Shown here piece after piece: positions 50,394 to 62,980 of a DNA stretch of 64,000 bases. Under the pieces are notes generated by a model. It made no database searches. It saw only the letters and a program-made list of their open reading frames with translations, and was not told the origin of the DNA. Every line of letters starts with the position of its first letter. Positions within the stretch are counted from its first letter, which is position 1. The position numbers were made by a program, and so were the translations under genes. Location of the stretch: contig NC_045696.1 in assembly GCF_009834535.1 (NCBI RefSeq), positions 62,808,001-62,872,000 on the forward strand, written 5' to 3'. The DNA is from Camelus ferus (Eukaryota).

Positions 50394-50517
50394 GGGGAGG
50401 TTATAGCTCAGTGGTAGAGCACATGGTCAGCATGCATGAGATTCTGGGTTCAATTCCCAGTATCTCCATTTAAACAAACAAACAAACTTAATTCCCTGCT
50501 CCTCACCCCCGCCCAAA
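50394..50517 (+). mobile_element. Camelid tRNA-Ala-derived SINE (Vic-1 type)
   Basis: A-box 'tagctcagtggtagagc', B-box 'gggttcaattccc', (AAAC)n, C-rich tail and A-run. Perfect 16-bp TSD AAAATGGCAGGGATTG (50378-50393, 50518-50533). Confidence 0.92.
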
Positions 50518-50656
50518 AAAATGGCAGGGATTGTTTCAAAAGCGCAGGTCTGGCACCACTTTGAACAACCCATGCCTAACATCTGCACAGCCATTCCTAA
50601 GGCTCCTTAATTATTCACGAGGAACACGGCATGGATTGCTGTGGGGCTTGGGGAAA

Positions 50657-50775
50657 GGAGTACAGTGTACATCTGATCAGGTTGTACACTGCCCAACTCC
50701 AGGTAGGGTGGTGGTTGCCACTTATACAGACTCTAGTGTGTACCAACTGCACGACTGCAGGTGGGCGGTCCTGCT
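50657..50775. mobile_element. MER91-like hAT (Tip100 group) MITE
   Basis: 'caggttgtacactgcccaactccagg' and end 'ctgcacgactgcaggtgggcggtcctg'. Confidence 0.6.
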
Positions 50776-51269
50776 ACAGAATCCTGGACATAGCTAAGGG
50801 TATAGGAGGCAACTAGGAAGCCCCTGGCTCATGCTACCAGGCTTGCTCTGCTCCAGCGAATCAAACACGCTCCATACTTCTTGTCAGGTGCCAACATAAA
50901 GGCAATAGCATTTGGGTAGCAGTTTCTGGAAGCCAACAATGGGGCTTTATGGTCCAGGCAAAGCCAGGCCAGGCACTGCTCCTCAGTCAAGTCACTCCTG
51001 CCTGACAATCAAAAGAGGTGAGTGGATGGCATAGTCTTCTCCTCTGGGAAGAGAGGACTCCTGGAGACTAGAGGAGAAACCCTCCTGAGAAACGTGAATC
51101 TGAGGCTCTCAGGGACAGGAGAGAGAGTTTGAGAAGGCCCTGAGAGCCAGCGAGAGAGAAATTTGCAGCCTTTGATGCAAGAGCTGGGTTTAAGAGCCTG
51201 CAAACCGAGCTTGGTGCTCTCAGGCTGGACAGGCTAAAGCGAGCTGGTGCTGAGAGTTTATTCTTTCAC

Positions 51270-51570
51270 TTACAATCATGTCACTTCTGTCGAGCCCTCT
51301 CCTCATGCCAGGCACTCTGCCAATGCACTTCATCATCTCATTCAGTCCTCACTGGGACCCTTTGAGGAAGATATTTCTGTGATCCCATTTTATTTTATTA
51401 AAAAATATTTGGACTTCTTTTTTTAAAAAAATTGAACGTGATCCCCATTTGAGAGATGAGGAAACTGACACGTAGAGAGGTTCAGTGATTTGCCTAAGAT
51501 CACACAGCATCTTTTTGTGGCGAAACTGGGATTGGAATCCAGTCTCTCTGAGCCAGAGCCTCGTATCAAC
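51270..51570 (-). mobile_element. MIR SINE
   Basis: 'atccccatttgagagatgaggaaactga...agagaggttcagtgatttgcctaagatcacacagc'. Confidence 0.75.
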
Positions 51571-52064
51571 CCATGATGCTCATCTGTGTTCAGGGTTAAC
51601 TGAACAATAGGACATGAGATTGGAGGAGGTGGGTGTGAGATGGGTAGATAGATCTGTCCCAAACATCCCGATCTAGCCATCTTCCAGCTCCTCAGCATCC
51701 TCTCTCCCTACCTCTTCTCCTCTCCACTTCCTCTCATGCTTTTTCATGCCACACTCTCCCTTCCAACCAGGCTAATCTGTAAATCCTGTCTCTGGGCTAA
51801 GGGAATACTTCCCAGATGCTCACTTTTTCCTGTCCATCAAGACCAGGTCTCTTTCAGAACTGGTGCCAAGTTCACAGCCGTCAAGAAGCCTGCATAGGCT
51901 CACTTCAATTATTTCTTCAATACTGTTGAGCACCTATTTTGCATCAGGGACCATTCTAAGCCCCAGGATGCAAAAATCAAGGAGCCTTACATTACTCACT
52001 GTCTAGCTGGGGAGACAGACCAGTGAATAGAATAGACACAGAATAGACTAGGTTTTCCCTAAAA

Positions 52065-52205
52065 CAGCAGCTCTCAAGCTTAATGTGCCAATGAATCACC
52101 TGGGGATCTGGTTAAAAGGTCCCAGCGGGGCCTGATGTTCTGCCGTTCCTACAAGCTCCCAGGTGATCCTACTTCTGCTAAGGACCATGCTTTGTGTAGC
52201 AAGCC
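52065..52205. mobile_element. MER5A-like MITE
   Basis: 'gaatcacctggggatctggttaaaa...acaagctcccaggtgat...ggaccatgctttg'. Confidence 0.7.
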
Positions 52206-55200
52206 CCCCGAGGGTTCCAGATGCTACAATCAGAATGTTTGCCTAGTGCTGGGGGGAGAAATTCAAAGAGAGAGTGGGAGTCTGGGAAAGGGCTGAGTCC
52301 TGAGCCAAGTCTTGACCAAAGCTGAGAGGATGTGAGCTGTCACATCACAGAAATGAAATGCATTCAAAACAGCACCAAGGGGCCAGGATAGTCCTAATCT
52401 CTCCCATAATAGATATTTGATCTATTCTGCCTTGACTTGCGCTAACAAGTTGCCGACTTCTGGGAAGGGTGGAGGTTGGGCTAGGAATTGGGCTAAGGTC
52501 CCTTCCAGCTCTGACATTTTTAGGAGTCTAGGATTCCCACCAAAAACAGCAGAATAGTTCCATTTTGTGAACCCATCCTAGAGCTTGGTAGACAGAAGCA
52601 ACCGTCGAAAGGACATAATTCAACCCCTTCATTTGCAAATGAGAAAACAGATCCTAAGAGACGGAGGTAGTTTTTTAAGATCACATGGTATGTCAGGGCT
52701 CAGATCTCAGACCCCAGAGCTCACAACCACCAGGTCTGGGCTCCTTCCCATAGGGCCCCCGTGTCCCTGTACAGGTTTGGGTTGGGGGAGGGATCTATTT
52801 CATCATATTTCATGTAAACTCCTGCCCCTACTCCCGTGATCCTGAGCTGCCATTCAGAACGAGACAAATAATGACATAACTCACCTGAGAGGAGTGACCT
52901 GAGCCCTTCTGGGAGGAGCTGGCGACAATCACAATGAGGTATTCCTAGCCCGCCAGATCCAGTTCTCAAGAGGCATTTCAGAGTCCTAGAAATAACACCA
53001 CAAGGATTGCAGTGCAAACACTGTCTCTTTCCATCTCAAGTGATCCGTGTGAGCAGCACAGCTTCCCTGGCGCTTTCAGTGCAACAAAGAGCAGCTGGAA
53101 CCTATTCGGCCACCAAATGCATTGGCGTAGGTTGTGCCTGCCATTGGTGCTGGGGCCTGTGGGCTGGATAGACGCAGACGTGCACGCGCACGAACAAGCA
53201 CACAAGCTCACACAAGCACTCACATACGTGCAGGTCACAGGTACATGATCACACATAGCTGCACACACACCTCAGTGTTTGGGAATGCTCAGGAAGCCAG
53301 TAGAAGGTGCTGGGCACAGTGGTGTATCACAAATGCCTGTTTGGAACTCTGAAAAGCAAACTAGCGCGCCCTGCGAGCTGAAACCCTATCCATTTGAAAA
53401 ATAAGCCCACCCCTCCCCCAGGGGATTGATTTAGCTCTCCTCACCCGCTGTTTTAATTAATACCTGGCACAGCTGGCGGATGGAAGGCTGAAGCCCGAGT
53501 TGCATGAATGCGGAATTTCCAATATGTCAACAAGCTCGGGTGGCCATTGTGATCAGGATGCTTTGGTCAAATAAACAGATGCAGCAAGAAATGCCAATAA
53601 GCACAAAGCGGGTCAGGTGCCCATCCGCAGGGGGAACACTGCTTTCCCACTCCTGCTCTTGGCTACTGTCCAGGCCAGCCCTACTGTCACAGAGATTAGA
53701 AGTCCCTGCCCCTCCCCAGCTCATCCAGCCAGTAGGCCTGCCACCTGCTGACTCTCCTCCCTCCCCACCCATCAGAAAAAGGCGCACTCCCCCTCCCGCC
53801 CCCCAGGCCTCTCCTTTCCCTGACACTACCCTCTGTGCCCCTCTGTCCTGCAGGTGAATTCTGCAGACACCTGCAGAACTTCTGCTGGGGGTGTGGTGGG
53901 AAGCCGAGACCCTGGAGGACTGAATCTTGTGAGCTGAGGCCTTTGCCCTCAAGAAGTTCCCATCAAGTTGGGGAGACAGACCTAAACCCCAGAAACTAAA
54001 AATTCTGCCTGTGAGCCGAAGGCTGGCAGGACTCGGTAATGAGAGCTGTGTGAATGAACGTGGCCCTGACCAAGCGCCACGGGTTAGAGGGAGGTTATAT
54101 CTCCTGGAAAAGTAGGGAAGACTTGGCTTTGGTGTCTAAGTCTTGGAGGATGGGGGAAATGTCAAAAGAGAAACTTACTTGGGAGGAGAGATACAGAGGG
54201 AACCCACCTGACTACACAAAGTCACATCAGCGGGTTGACTGGAGTGTTGGGGGCTTGACTCTGGCACGAGGAGGGGGAGAAGGTTCTCTGTTGAGGCCAC
54301 AGGACAAGGGGGGATGATCACATAGAAACTTGACAGGCATGCAGAGGCACGTGAGCCTTACTCTGTGGGGGATTGGGAGCCAAGAAAGGCTATTTTATCC
54401 AGGCCAACATTGTCCCCTAGTAGCTGGGGCAGTGGCAGCATGGAGGGGTGGTGGAGAGGAGGCAGGGAAGCAGTGGTGCCCAAGGGACAACTGCATCTCA
54501 TTATGTGAATACTGTGACTGGAGGACCTTTAGCTCAGATGGCCCTGGGGTGTATGCCTTGCTTTGCCTCTCTACGAATTTACATGAAAATGATTGAGAAG
54601 TGCTGCCTCAAATCAGTGTTGTTTGTCAACTCAGGAACTTGTCTGGGGACCCCCAGGAGTCCTCAGTTGGGCCCTCAGTTGAGAAACACTGTTCTAGCTA
54701 CTCTGCTATGGGCCACCTGGCTTACAAAGGCCACCAGAGAACTTCAGACGTGGACTGCAGTTTTTTGATCCAGGTCAAAATGTATTATTATGCACAATTC
54801 ACTGGCTGCCCCTGGGGGACCTTATAAGAAGGTTCATATGTTTCTTGAAAAGACATTGTTGAGGATTTACTAATAACAGGACAGAATTCCCTCTTCTGAA
54901 GAGCCAAGTGAGAAATTTCTCTCAGACCTTAGAACCAGGAAGTTGACCTTTTCCTAAGCAACTGGTTTATCCTCACTAAACCTGTGCTCTTAGTCTTGTA
55001 ATCTATTGTATTTCCCTCCTTGTATTGGCTGCAAGGAAGCTCAGAGGCCAGTTTTGGCCCACCTCTATCAAAGTATATAGAGCCCAAGTTTACTTTTCTT
55101 TTTCTTCTAATTCCCTCAGTGAAGTTTTAAAAATGTGTGCCAAATTTTTTTTTGTAAGCCACCAAGAATCATATGAATATGATGTGACAATAAAAAAATA

Positions 55201-56349
55201 AAAATTGATTAATAGTCATGGACATTAAACTGGAAAAAAAGTTTAGAGAAAATCTGGTCCTACCCCTTAAATTATAGAGAATACAGTTAAGACTTTGAGA
55301 GGAGCGAAGTGTCAGGTGCCTTAGTAAACTGGGGGTGGGGAGTGGGAGCTGGACCTCCACCCAGGTGCCTGTCCTAGCCACTCCTTTTTCTACTGTGTCA
55401 CTGAACTACCAAATCCTCCAAAGGAGGATTCTTCCACCCTTTCCATGCAATCTCATGAAACCATCTTTGAAATAATCAACCCATCTTGCTGCTCTGGCTT
55501 CCTCCTAGGGATTCTTAGGCATCAGCGGTCAGATTAACGTGCCCCAAACACTCTCCATCCAAAACCAAGGGAAGGTGTAATCTTCTGCATCACAGAGGGC
55601 AGGATGTGGGCATTTAAAAAGTAAGTTGTTTTAAATAAGATCATTCTGAAGTGAACTCTAGACCCTGAAGCGAGCTGGCTGTCTGTGCCAATTAGGAATC
55701 AAAGCAGTGGATGCTCTATTTCACCGTTTCACCAGGGAAGGGGGAGGGAAATGTGTTTTATAACAATCCTTGAGCAATTGGGAGAGAGATGGGGATGACA
55801 GCTTCTCTCCTCAGCTGACCCCCAGGCAGCAGTGAATCAGCCCCCCACATCATTTGTAAACTCTTAGAGAGCAGCATCACCATAAGTTCACAGGGGAGGC
55901 AATCTCTAGCCTGAGGAGTGGGAGGGTCGGTGTTAGTGGAAAGAAATGATTCCTTCCTCCTTTCTTCACAGCACAAATTAGACTGCATCTGCCTAAAAAT
56001 GCAGCTAACAGCCAATTTTCCACCCTGGGTCTCTGGGGCTCTCTGTCTCTGAGGTCTTCAGTCCCTGGGCAGTAGAATCTTTCTGGGCTTCACTGATTTT
56101 GATGGCAGCTGATGAAATGGGGCCTTTGTCCTCTTGCTGAGACAGACACAAGACCCCCGTGGGCCTCTTGGGCTAGGAAGCTGGGGTATGGGTGTCTAGC
56201 CAAGAGAAGTGAGTAGGCCTGGGTTCATGTCTGGGGTCCCAGCTCCAGGCAGCCCCATTTCTTGGCTCTCACTGGCTGATAAGAGTTGTGCATGAAAGGA
56301 TGGGTGGTCCTGGAAAGCACTCCACTGCTTCCTCTAGTTCTCAGCGGAG

Positions 56350-56615
56350 TCACTGTATCCTCAGGAAGCCTTCCCTGACCTCCTGACCAGTTTTCATCAT
56401 CCTATCAACCTCTCCTTTTGGGCACTTGTGCCAGTTGCAGTTTTACATTAATTTGTACAATTGCTCATTTAATGTCTCTCTTCCAAGGAACCGTGTGCTC
56501 TGTGGAGGCAGGTCAAGTGATAGTTCTCACTCACCACTGTGCCAAGTCCGGTGTCTGGCACAAGGCTGATGCAACACATATTTTTAGTTGGTGAATAAAT
56601 GATTGAATGAGTGAA
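56350..56615 (+). mobile_element. L2 3' end
   Basis: 'cctcaggaagccttccctgacc', 'gtgtctggcaca', tail 'gtgaataaatgattgaatgagtgaa'. Confidence 0.75.
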
Positions 56616-57559
56616 CCTCGGGACTTGTTAACTGTCTATTGTCCCTGATCTTGAACTAGGCCAGGTGCCCCATGGGGCTGGGCTGGGCTGGCTGTCATTA
56701 ACTCTTGGGCAGGGATTGTTCCCAGGCAGCTGGGCTCAGGATGTGAAGGTGGCGGTTATAGAAGAGTGTGAGCCTCAGCCCAGAGGTGGTCCTGGGAGAA
56801 ACCTGGGGTCTGAAATAAGAGCCAAGGGCACAGGGCACTGGCCAGGGAGGCATCTGAGCAGCTGGACATACTGACACTCCAGTCCAGGTTTCCATTTTGT
56901 AAACATGATGATGAAGCAAGTGCGTTCAGCTTGAAGTTTGTATGTGTGTTTTTGTAACTGTGGTTTTCATATTAAAAAATTAATGAAAGAAAAAAAATCA
57001 AATACAAGAAGTATATGAAAGCCTCTTTAATAATCATGAAAATGCAAATTTAAACAGAAATGACATACCATTTTCACTCATCAGCCTGACAAAAAGGAAA
57101 TGGTCTGATAGTGCCAGTATGAGTGAAGAGGTGGAGAGGCCCTCACAAGCCACTGCAGGGAGATAAATTGGTAAACTGCTCTGAGGGCTATTTGGGGTTG
57201 TCTGTCCCACTGGGCCTGAGATGGGCTGCTCTGGAGTATGAGTGACACATGTCTGTGTGGAAGTGGCCTTGGGTACCAGTTAAGTCCTGGAATCCTGAAG
57301 TTCTGAGCCTGCAGGTGGGTTTGCCGTGTCTCTGACATGAGGGCCCCTGTGGCCGAGGCAGGGATGTGTGGCAGTCAGAGACCTAGACAGGAGACGCAGA
57401 CACAGCCACAAGGATCACAGTGTAAGGTCTAACGTGGGAGTGAGCCCACAGTGGGGCTCCAGGAGTCCTGAGGAGGGCAAGCTTGATTCCATGCAGTGAA
57501 AGCAGCTGGGGAGTTTTCAGGAAGCAGATTACATCAATATTAGGTGTTTGGCTTAAAAA

Positions 57560-57835
57560 ATTTTTTTTTAAATCAGCTTTGTTGTGGTGTATTTTCCCTA
57601 TCATAAAATTCAGCCATTTCAAGCATAGAATTCAATGATTTTTAGTAACTTTACCAAGTGGCACAACCGTCACTATATATCAGTTTTAGAACATTTTCAG
57701 ACTCTCAAAAAGGTCCTTCGCACAACTGACAGTTCATTCATCCCTATTCCCACCTCTACACCTTGGCAACCACTACACCTTGGATAACCACTTGGCAATC
57801 CACTTTCTGACTCTGAATTTGCAGGATTATATTTT
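57560..57835 (-). mobile_element. L1MB-like 3' end fragment
   Basis: 'cataaaattcagccatttcaagcatagaattcaatgatttttagtaactttacc...cagttttagaacatttt'. Confidence 0.75.
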
Positions 57836-59175
57836 AAAGGGTGGAAACTGGACCTCAGTTGGTACTTGCAAGAAAGTGCGAGACCTGGGGACACAGGTGG
57901 TTTAGTTCTTTCTAGCAGAAAAGCAGTTCCCTAGCCTCTAACTTTGCCACTAGGGGTAAAATTCTGAACTCGGAAGCTTCCAACAGTCGAGAGCTCATGC
58001 CCTAGAAGCCTGGGAACTGACCTTTGGTCAGTAAAGCCTTTCTTTCCTAGTACCGTCTGGGTGGCGGGCGGCCTGTTCTTCCCACAGTCCCCAAGCTCAC
58101 TCTGGTGGACGCAGTACTGTCCCTGGCTTTGAAAAACGCATTTGACTGTGGAGTCTCTGGCCTGGCAGTCATGCACAAGCCGGCTGGGAAGTCCCTGGAG
58201 GCCACCAGGGAGCTCCAGAGGACATTGCAGAGCAATCTTAACGGTGCAGCAAGGGTCTCTACTCTCTTGATGTCATCTGCCCTGGTCCTGCAGTGATGGG
58301 GGTCCTTGCAATCTCTGCCCACCTTAAACCCAAACATTTTTCACCCTGAGAAGGAGAGAGGTATAAACAGATCATCTGTGTTCAGTCTGTCTGCCTTTTT
58401 ATAATCGGGTGCGCTTGGAGATGTTCTGTACAAGAGTCATTAAAATAATGCTTTTTTCCTAATTTCAAAGCTAGTGCGATAACGAGACAGAAAATAGTGC
58501 AGTGAAACAAAAACCAAGTCTCCACTGTGAGCTCACCTGCAGATAACCCCTGCTGAATTTTGGGGTGTGTACACTTCCTGTTTTTTTCCCACTTGCCTGG
58601 CTTTTTGTTGGCTTCCATTAAATCCCCATGGTGGTGGAAGAGATATTTTGGATGATCGGGCACCAGCCTGGCTCTTACTGGTCAGGAAGCCCTGGCCCCC
58701 AGGCTCCCATCCTGGCTCACACACAGGCTGCTTCTGGCACTTTGAACCAGTTGTTTAATCTTGACCTTAGTTTTTCCCTCTAACAATTAGCCAAATGCTT
58801 GACTCTGGGGAGAGTCCCTCTGCCCGGGGCATTATCTGCTGTGTAAAGGAAGACAGTCAACTTGGAGCCATGAATAATTCTGAACTCTCTAAAGAGCATC
58901 TGGGCAGCAGGTTGCAACACATCTGAGATAATTCAATTTTTACAGAAGCTATTTCCATTAATCATTTATTAATGGTTCTCCCAACCAAAGCAGTTAAGTA
59001 GACCTAGGGTTGAAAATAAGCCCATATTCATTTCACATCTGTCTAATTACCCTGAAGTTCATGGATCCTGGAAGAATGTGAAAAATGAATTCGAGTCGTC
59101 TCCTTTGTACTTTGCATTTCTCTCTGAGTTTGGCTCCAGCCCAAAAGGGAGAAAGCCTCTGGGGTATGTGTGCAT

Positions 59176-59201
59176 GGGGGGGGGGGGTGCGCGCGCGCGC
59201 G

Positions 59202-59236
<35 letters not shown>
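59176..59236. repeat. Compound G12-(GC)6-(GT)n microsatellite
   Basis: G run at 59176-59187, (GC)6 at 59189-59200, then (GT)n to 59236 with one interruption. Confidence 0.95.
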
Positions 59237-59240
<4 letters not shown>

Positions 59241-60634
59241 CACCCAGTGCTCCAGGCTCACAGGAGAAGGGCACTGACTGAGAAGTCTGAAGAAGCCTTT
59301 GGGGCTGGAGGCAGAAAAGCCAGGGCAGGGCTGCTCAAGGAACAGGGAGCCCAGAGAGCTGAGCCTGTCTTCCGGGATTTGAGGGTTAGAGATTGGGAAA
59401 TGAGTAGCAGCTTCCTGAACGTGTCCCAGGGTAGGAGGAAGCATGCTGACCCTAAGCTGAAGAGCAGGGGACAGCAGGATGGACTGGATGTCACAGGGCA
59501 CCTCCTGTCTGCAGGCAGTGTTAGGTACTTTAGCTGTGTACTCCCATTAACCCTCCCCAGACTCTGTGGGCTAGATAGCAACATGCAGGTTTTGGACGTA
59601 AGGAAATCAGGGCTCGGAGAGGCTACGTGACTTGCTCCAAGTCACACAACTGATGAACAGCAGAGCCAAGGTTGGCGTCCAGCTGTTCTGACCTCAGTGT
59701 CTTGGCACCTCCCCTGAGCCGCACAGCCGCTGTCATGCAGCCTCCCCTGGCACACTCCAAGATTCTGCCACGGAAGCAGGAAAGCCAAACAATGTGGATT
59801 TTCCACTGCCATGGGAATAAAGCACTCATTTTCCCCCCAAGGAACACAGATTGTAATTTAAGAATTCCCAGGGAATCCAGTGGAGATGAGAAAGGGGAAT
59901 TCTTACCCAATGTCCTTTCCTAGGGCAGGTCCGAAGATGGGAGCTGGTTCCTGCTGTCCGGCAGCCCTTCCCACCAGCGAGGTGATTTCAGCCTGTGTGA
60001 TCTTGGACATGGGTAAGCTTCCTCTAGCCTGGAGCAAATGGTGGAGGCAGAAAGGTAGAAACCAAGGCTGTGAGTGTGGGGCAGCAGGGGCAGTGGACCT
60101 AGACTTGTAGGTAGGGCTGCTCCACGGGAACTGGACTAAGGAGTTTAGATGGTATCTTGGACGCCCGTGCCCTAGGGCAGTGGTATTCATAGTGGGGGAT
60201 GCAAACCCCTGCAGGTAGGAGACACAGCCACGGAGTCTTGGAATCCCGGAGTCTCAAGCACTGCAGGTTTGAAAGGACTTGATGTCCTGATGCTCAGCTT
60301 TCCTAAAGTTCATCTCCCTGGGATGCATCGGACTTCACGCTAACCCTCCCTCCACCATAAGAAAGCTCAATATGCCCTCATCCTCTGAGGGATCTGAAAC
60401 CTCCCAGGCTATACACAAAATGGGGGCCTTTTTAAAGGATGAATCAAGCCACCCCAAACCCTCAGGACACAAAGCCTTTCCAGGCCCCTCCCACATTTCT
60501 GTTAAAGGGTGAAGCCTGGCATTAGAAATGGGAATTGGGGTTCAGGTTGGGCTATTCTGAATCCAGATGGGAGAAGAGTGTAGTGGTGGAAGTAATAACA
60601 ATATTTGTTTAAGAACTGTAACTCTTCTATCTCC

Positions 60635-61330
60635 CAAATATAACTCTAATGTTTCCAGGACAGCCACGTTTTTCAAGATACACTGAAAAAAATACAGATA
60701 AAACTTTTATGTGATGTCTTTCATATCTGTGTGCATTATTCAATAAAGCAGTTTAAAGGTATTTTTTAATCAAATCACATTATAAATTATTTATTCCAGG
60801 TGCAGACATTCTTCATCTTATTTCATCTTGTAAAATGTCCGTATTTTCTACCTCTCATTTAAAGTATGCTGGCTGTGGGCCAATTATTTTTTAGTGGAAT
60901 TTATCTTTTCTCTTTCATTAAATACATAGAACAATTTCATCATAATGTCCAATGAAATGAATGGAATTATTTCGTTAATATATTCCCAAAGCTAACATCA
61001 GAGTTCAAAAAAAGTAGGCTTTTTATTATACTCCTCACTCCTAAAAAAAAGTTATAATTTTAGCTTTACATTATTTATAAACTTTACAAGTTATCAATAA
61101 CCTTACATTAAGCTATTTTTTTGTTTTTATAACTTATAAAATAGATTAAATAATTATATTGGGTCAAAGTCATGTAAATTTTGACCTATTTTTAGAACAC
61201 TATCTTATGAGATTTATTCCAAAATTTATTTTCCAGTAGACTTTACAGTATTCCTTGAAATGTCCATTATTTTTCTGATAGAAAGTAAGTCTGCTCCCAC
61301 TCTTGGGAAATCCCAAAAAATGATCATGGC
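60635..61330. mobile_element. AT-rich block, possibly an ancient hAT (Blackjack-like) relic
   Basis: Sharp AT-rich island in GC-richer flanks. Ends 'tgtttccaggacagcc' and 'cccaaaaaatgatca' loosely resemble Blackjack-group subterminal sequence. Confidence 0.35.
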
Positions 61331-62179
61331 TGGAGAGAATGGCCCTGCAGGCCTACTGCCCCCAAGACCCTCAGAAGCCCTGTCTCTCATGTAAGGGCCT
61401 TGTAGGAGATCCTGTCAGACTGACATTGAGGGGTGGTGGCTCCCAGACCTCTGAGTTCTGTGAGGTTTCTGATCTGTCAGACCCCTACATTCTGAGAGGA
61501 GACCAGGGTTCTATTCCCGACCTAGAGAGTCACCAGCTACATGATTCAGTCAGGAGCCTCCATCTCCTCATCTGGGGATGGGTATGGAGGGGGTGGACTA
61601 AACAAATGGTCTCTAAGGTGCCTGTGACCCTGGTCCTGCAGGAAGGAGAAAGGTATTCTGGATTAGAAATGTTTTTATCTTGGCAAACTTTGAAGCCCAA
61701 CATTTCCAAAAGGAGCCTGACTAGAGAAAGAAGGAATACTAATACAATCCTCTAATTACACAACACATATTATCTACACATTTTCCCACACAAATGAGAG
61801 GGAGAAAACCCGTATGGGGCAGAATTAACGCTCAGGACCCTGGGATGGAAGCTGGACTATATTCTTGATATCTGTTACTTGGTTTCCTCAGATTTTGCCT
61901 CCTGTCTTGGTCCTGGCTCGGCCACTGTTGACTGAACATCTAGGCACGTTCATAAACAGAATCTCTGATAGTGCCTTTTGTGGTCTGGGTTAGTTTTATT
62001 CTCCAGAGCGTCTCTGCTTCTGCCCAGAGGGACCTGCGAGCTGTGTTCCCGCGCTGCCAGGGCTGCTGCGTGGTGGAGACGTGGCAGGGGGGTTGCTGCA
62101 CCCAGTGAGGAACTGACTAGACGAAGTCCTGACTCACCTTGACTCTAGACGACTCAGTTCCGAGACGCTTCGCCTCAGC

Positions 62180-62330
62180 CATATTAGTCAGGGCTATCTC
62201 AGTCGAACGTGACAGAAACCCAACTCATACTTGCTTAAACACAAAGGGGAACCTGGGGCTCAGGAAACTGGGAAAGACAGGGGTGGAGTGGACACGGGGC
62301 ACGTCCGTCCGCTTGACAGCCGGGTGATGT
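62180..62330 (-). mobile_element. Old MLT1 LTR end fragment
   Basis: 'atattagtcagggctatctcagtcgaacgtgacagaaacccaactcatacttgcttaaac' is homologous to 27741-27800. Confidence 0.65.
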
Positions 62331-62520
62331 CAGCTCTCTCTCCACCAATGTTCACTCTTCCCTATCAAGACTGAGTTGTCTTCCTTTTTTCCTACTACAA
62401 ACAAAAACACTTGGCGTGGGGGTGGGGGAAGAGGAGAGGCGTGGAACAGAGAGCATTTAACAGAAAACACCGTATAAAGCTGTTAACTAGTAACGGAAGG
62501 GGGTAAAAGGAGACCCCTGA

Positions 62521-62980
62521 GATGGGACAGAGGCAGCAAGTCCAGGGAGCGGCCTCCGTTCCTCTGGCTGAGGGAGCAGAGGGAACACTCAGACGCACCG
62601 AGGGGCCCTGCAGAGCGGGAACTCAGACTTGGGAGGAGCGAGGGCCGAGCGTCTGGGACCAGACCTCCCAGCAGGGGCGCCAGCCGGCCGTGGACCGTGC
62701 CTCTTAGGGGACAGGGTGGGATGAAACGGGTTCTGCGGGCTGGAAATCTGCACACTGGATTCAGCTGGGGCTCCACTTTGGCCTTGCCTGGGGCCGGGGA
62801 AGAATAGTGGTGGGATGGTGCTCACAGAAACAGGAAGCCCACAGGAAGCAGACGGGGAACAAACAGGAAAGAGCGAGCCGGCTCGCCCGCCTCCAGCCGG
62901 TAGGCGCCCTCTCGCGCCCCCTATCGGCAGAGCTAACACAGCGCCAGGCGGCGGAGCCAAACGTGAGTGCGAAATCCCAA
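62521..62980. promoter_or_regulatory. CpG-rich element with CTCF-like motifs
   Basis: About 30 CpGs by hand count in 460 bp. Minus-strand CCGATAGGGGGCGC at 62914-62927 is close to the CTCF core consensus. Confidence 0.55.

Noticed and set aside
50394..50466. tRNA-Ala gene
   Set aside because: The tRNA-like head is followed by a SINE tail and flanked by a TSD, and the stems are mutated.
53494..53540. pre-miRNA-like hairpin (cccgag...ctcggg)
   Set aside because: Only 6 bp of continuous pairing with large bulges; too short and weak.
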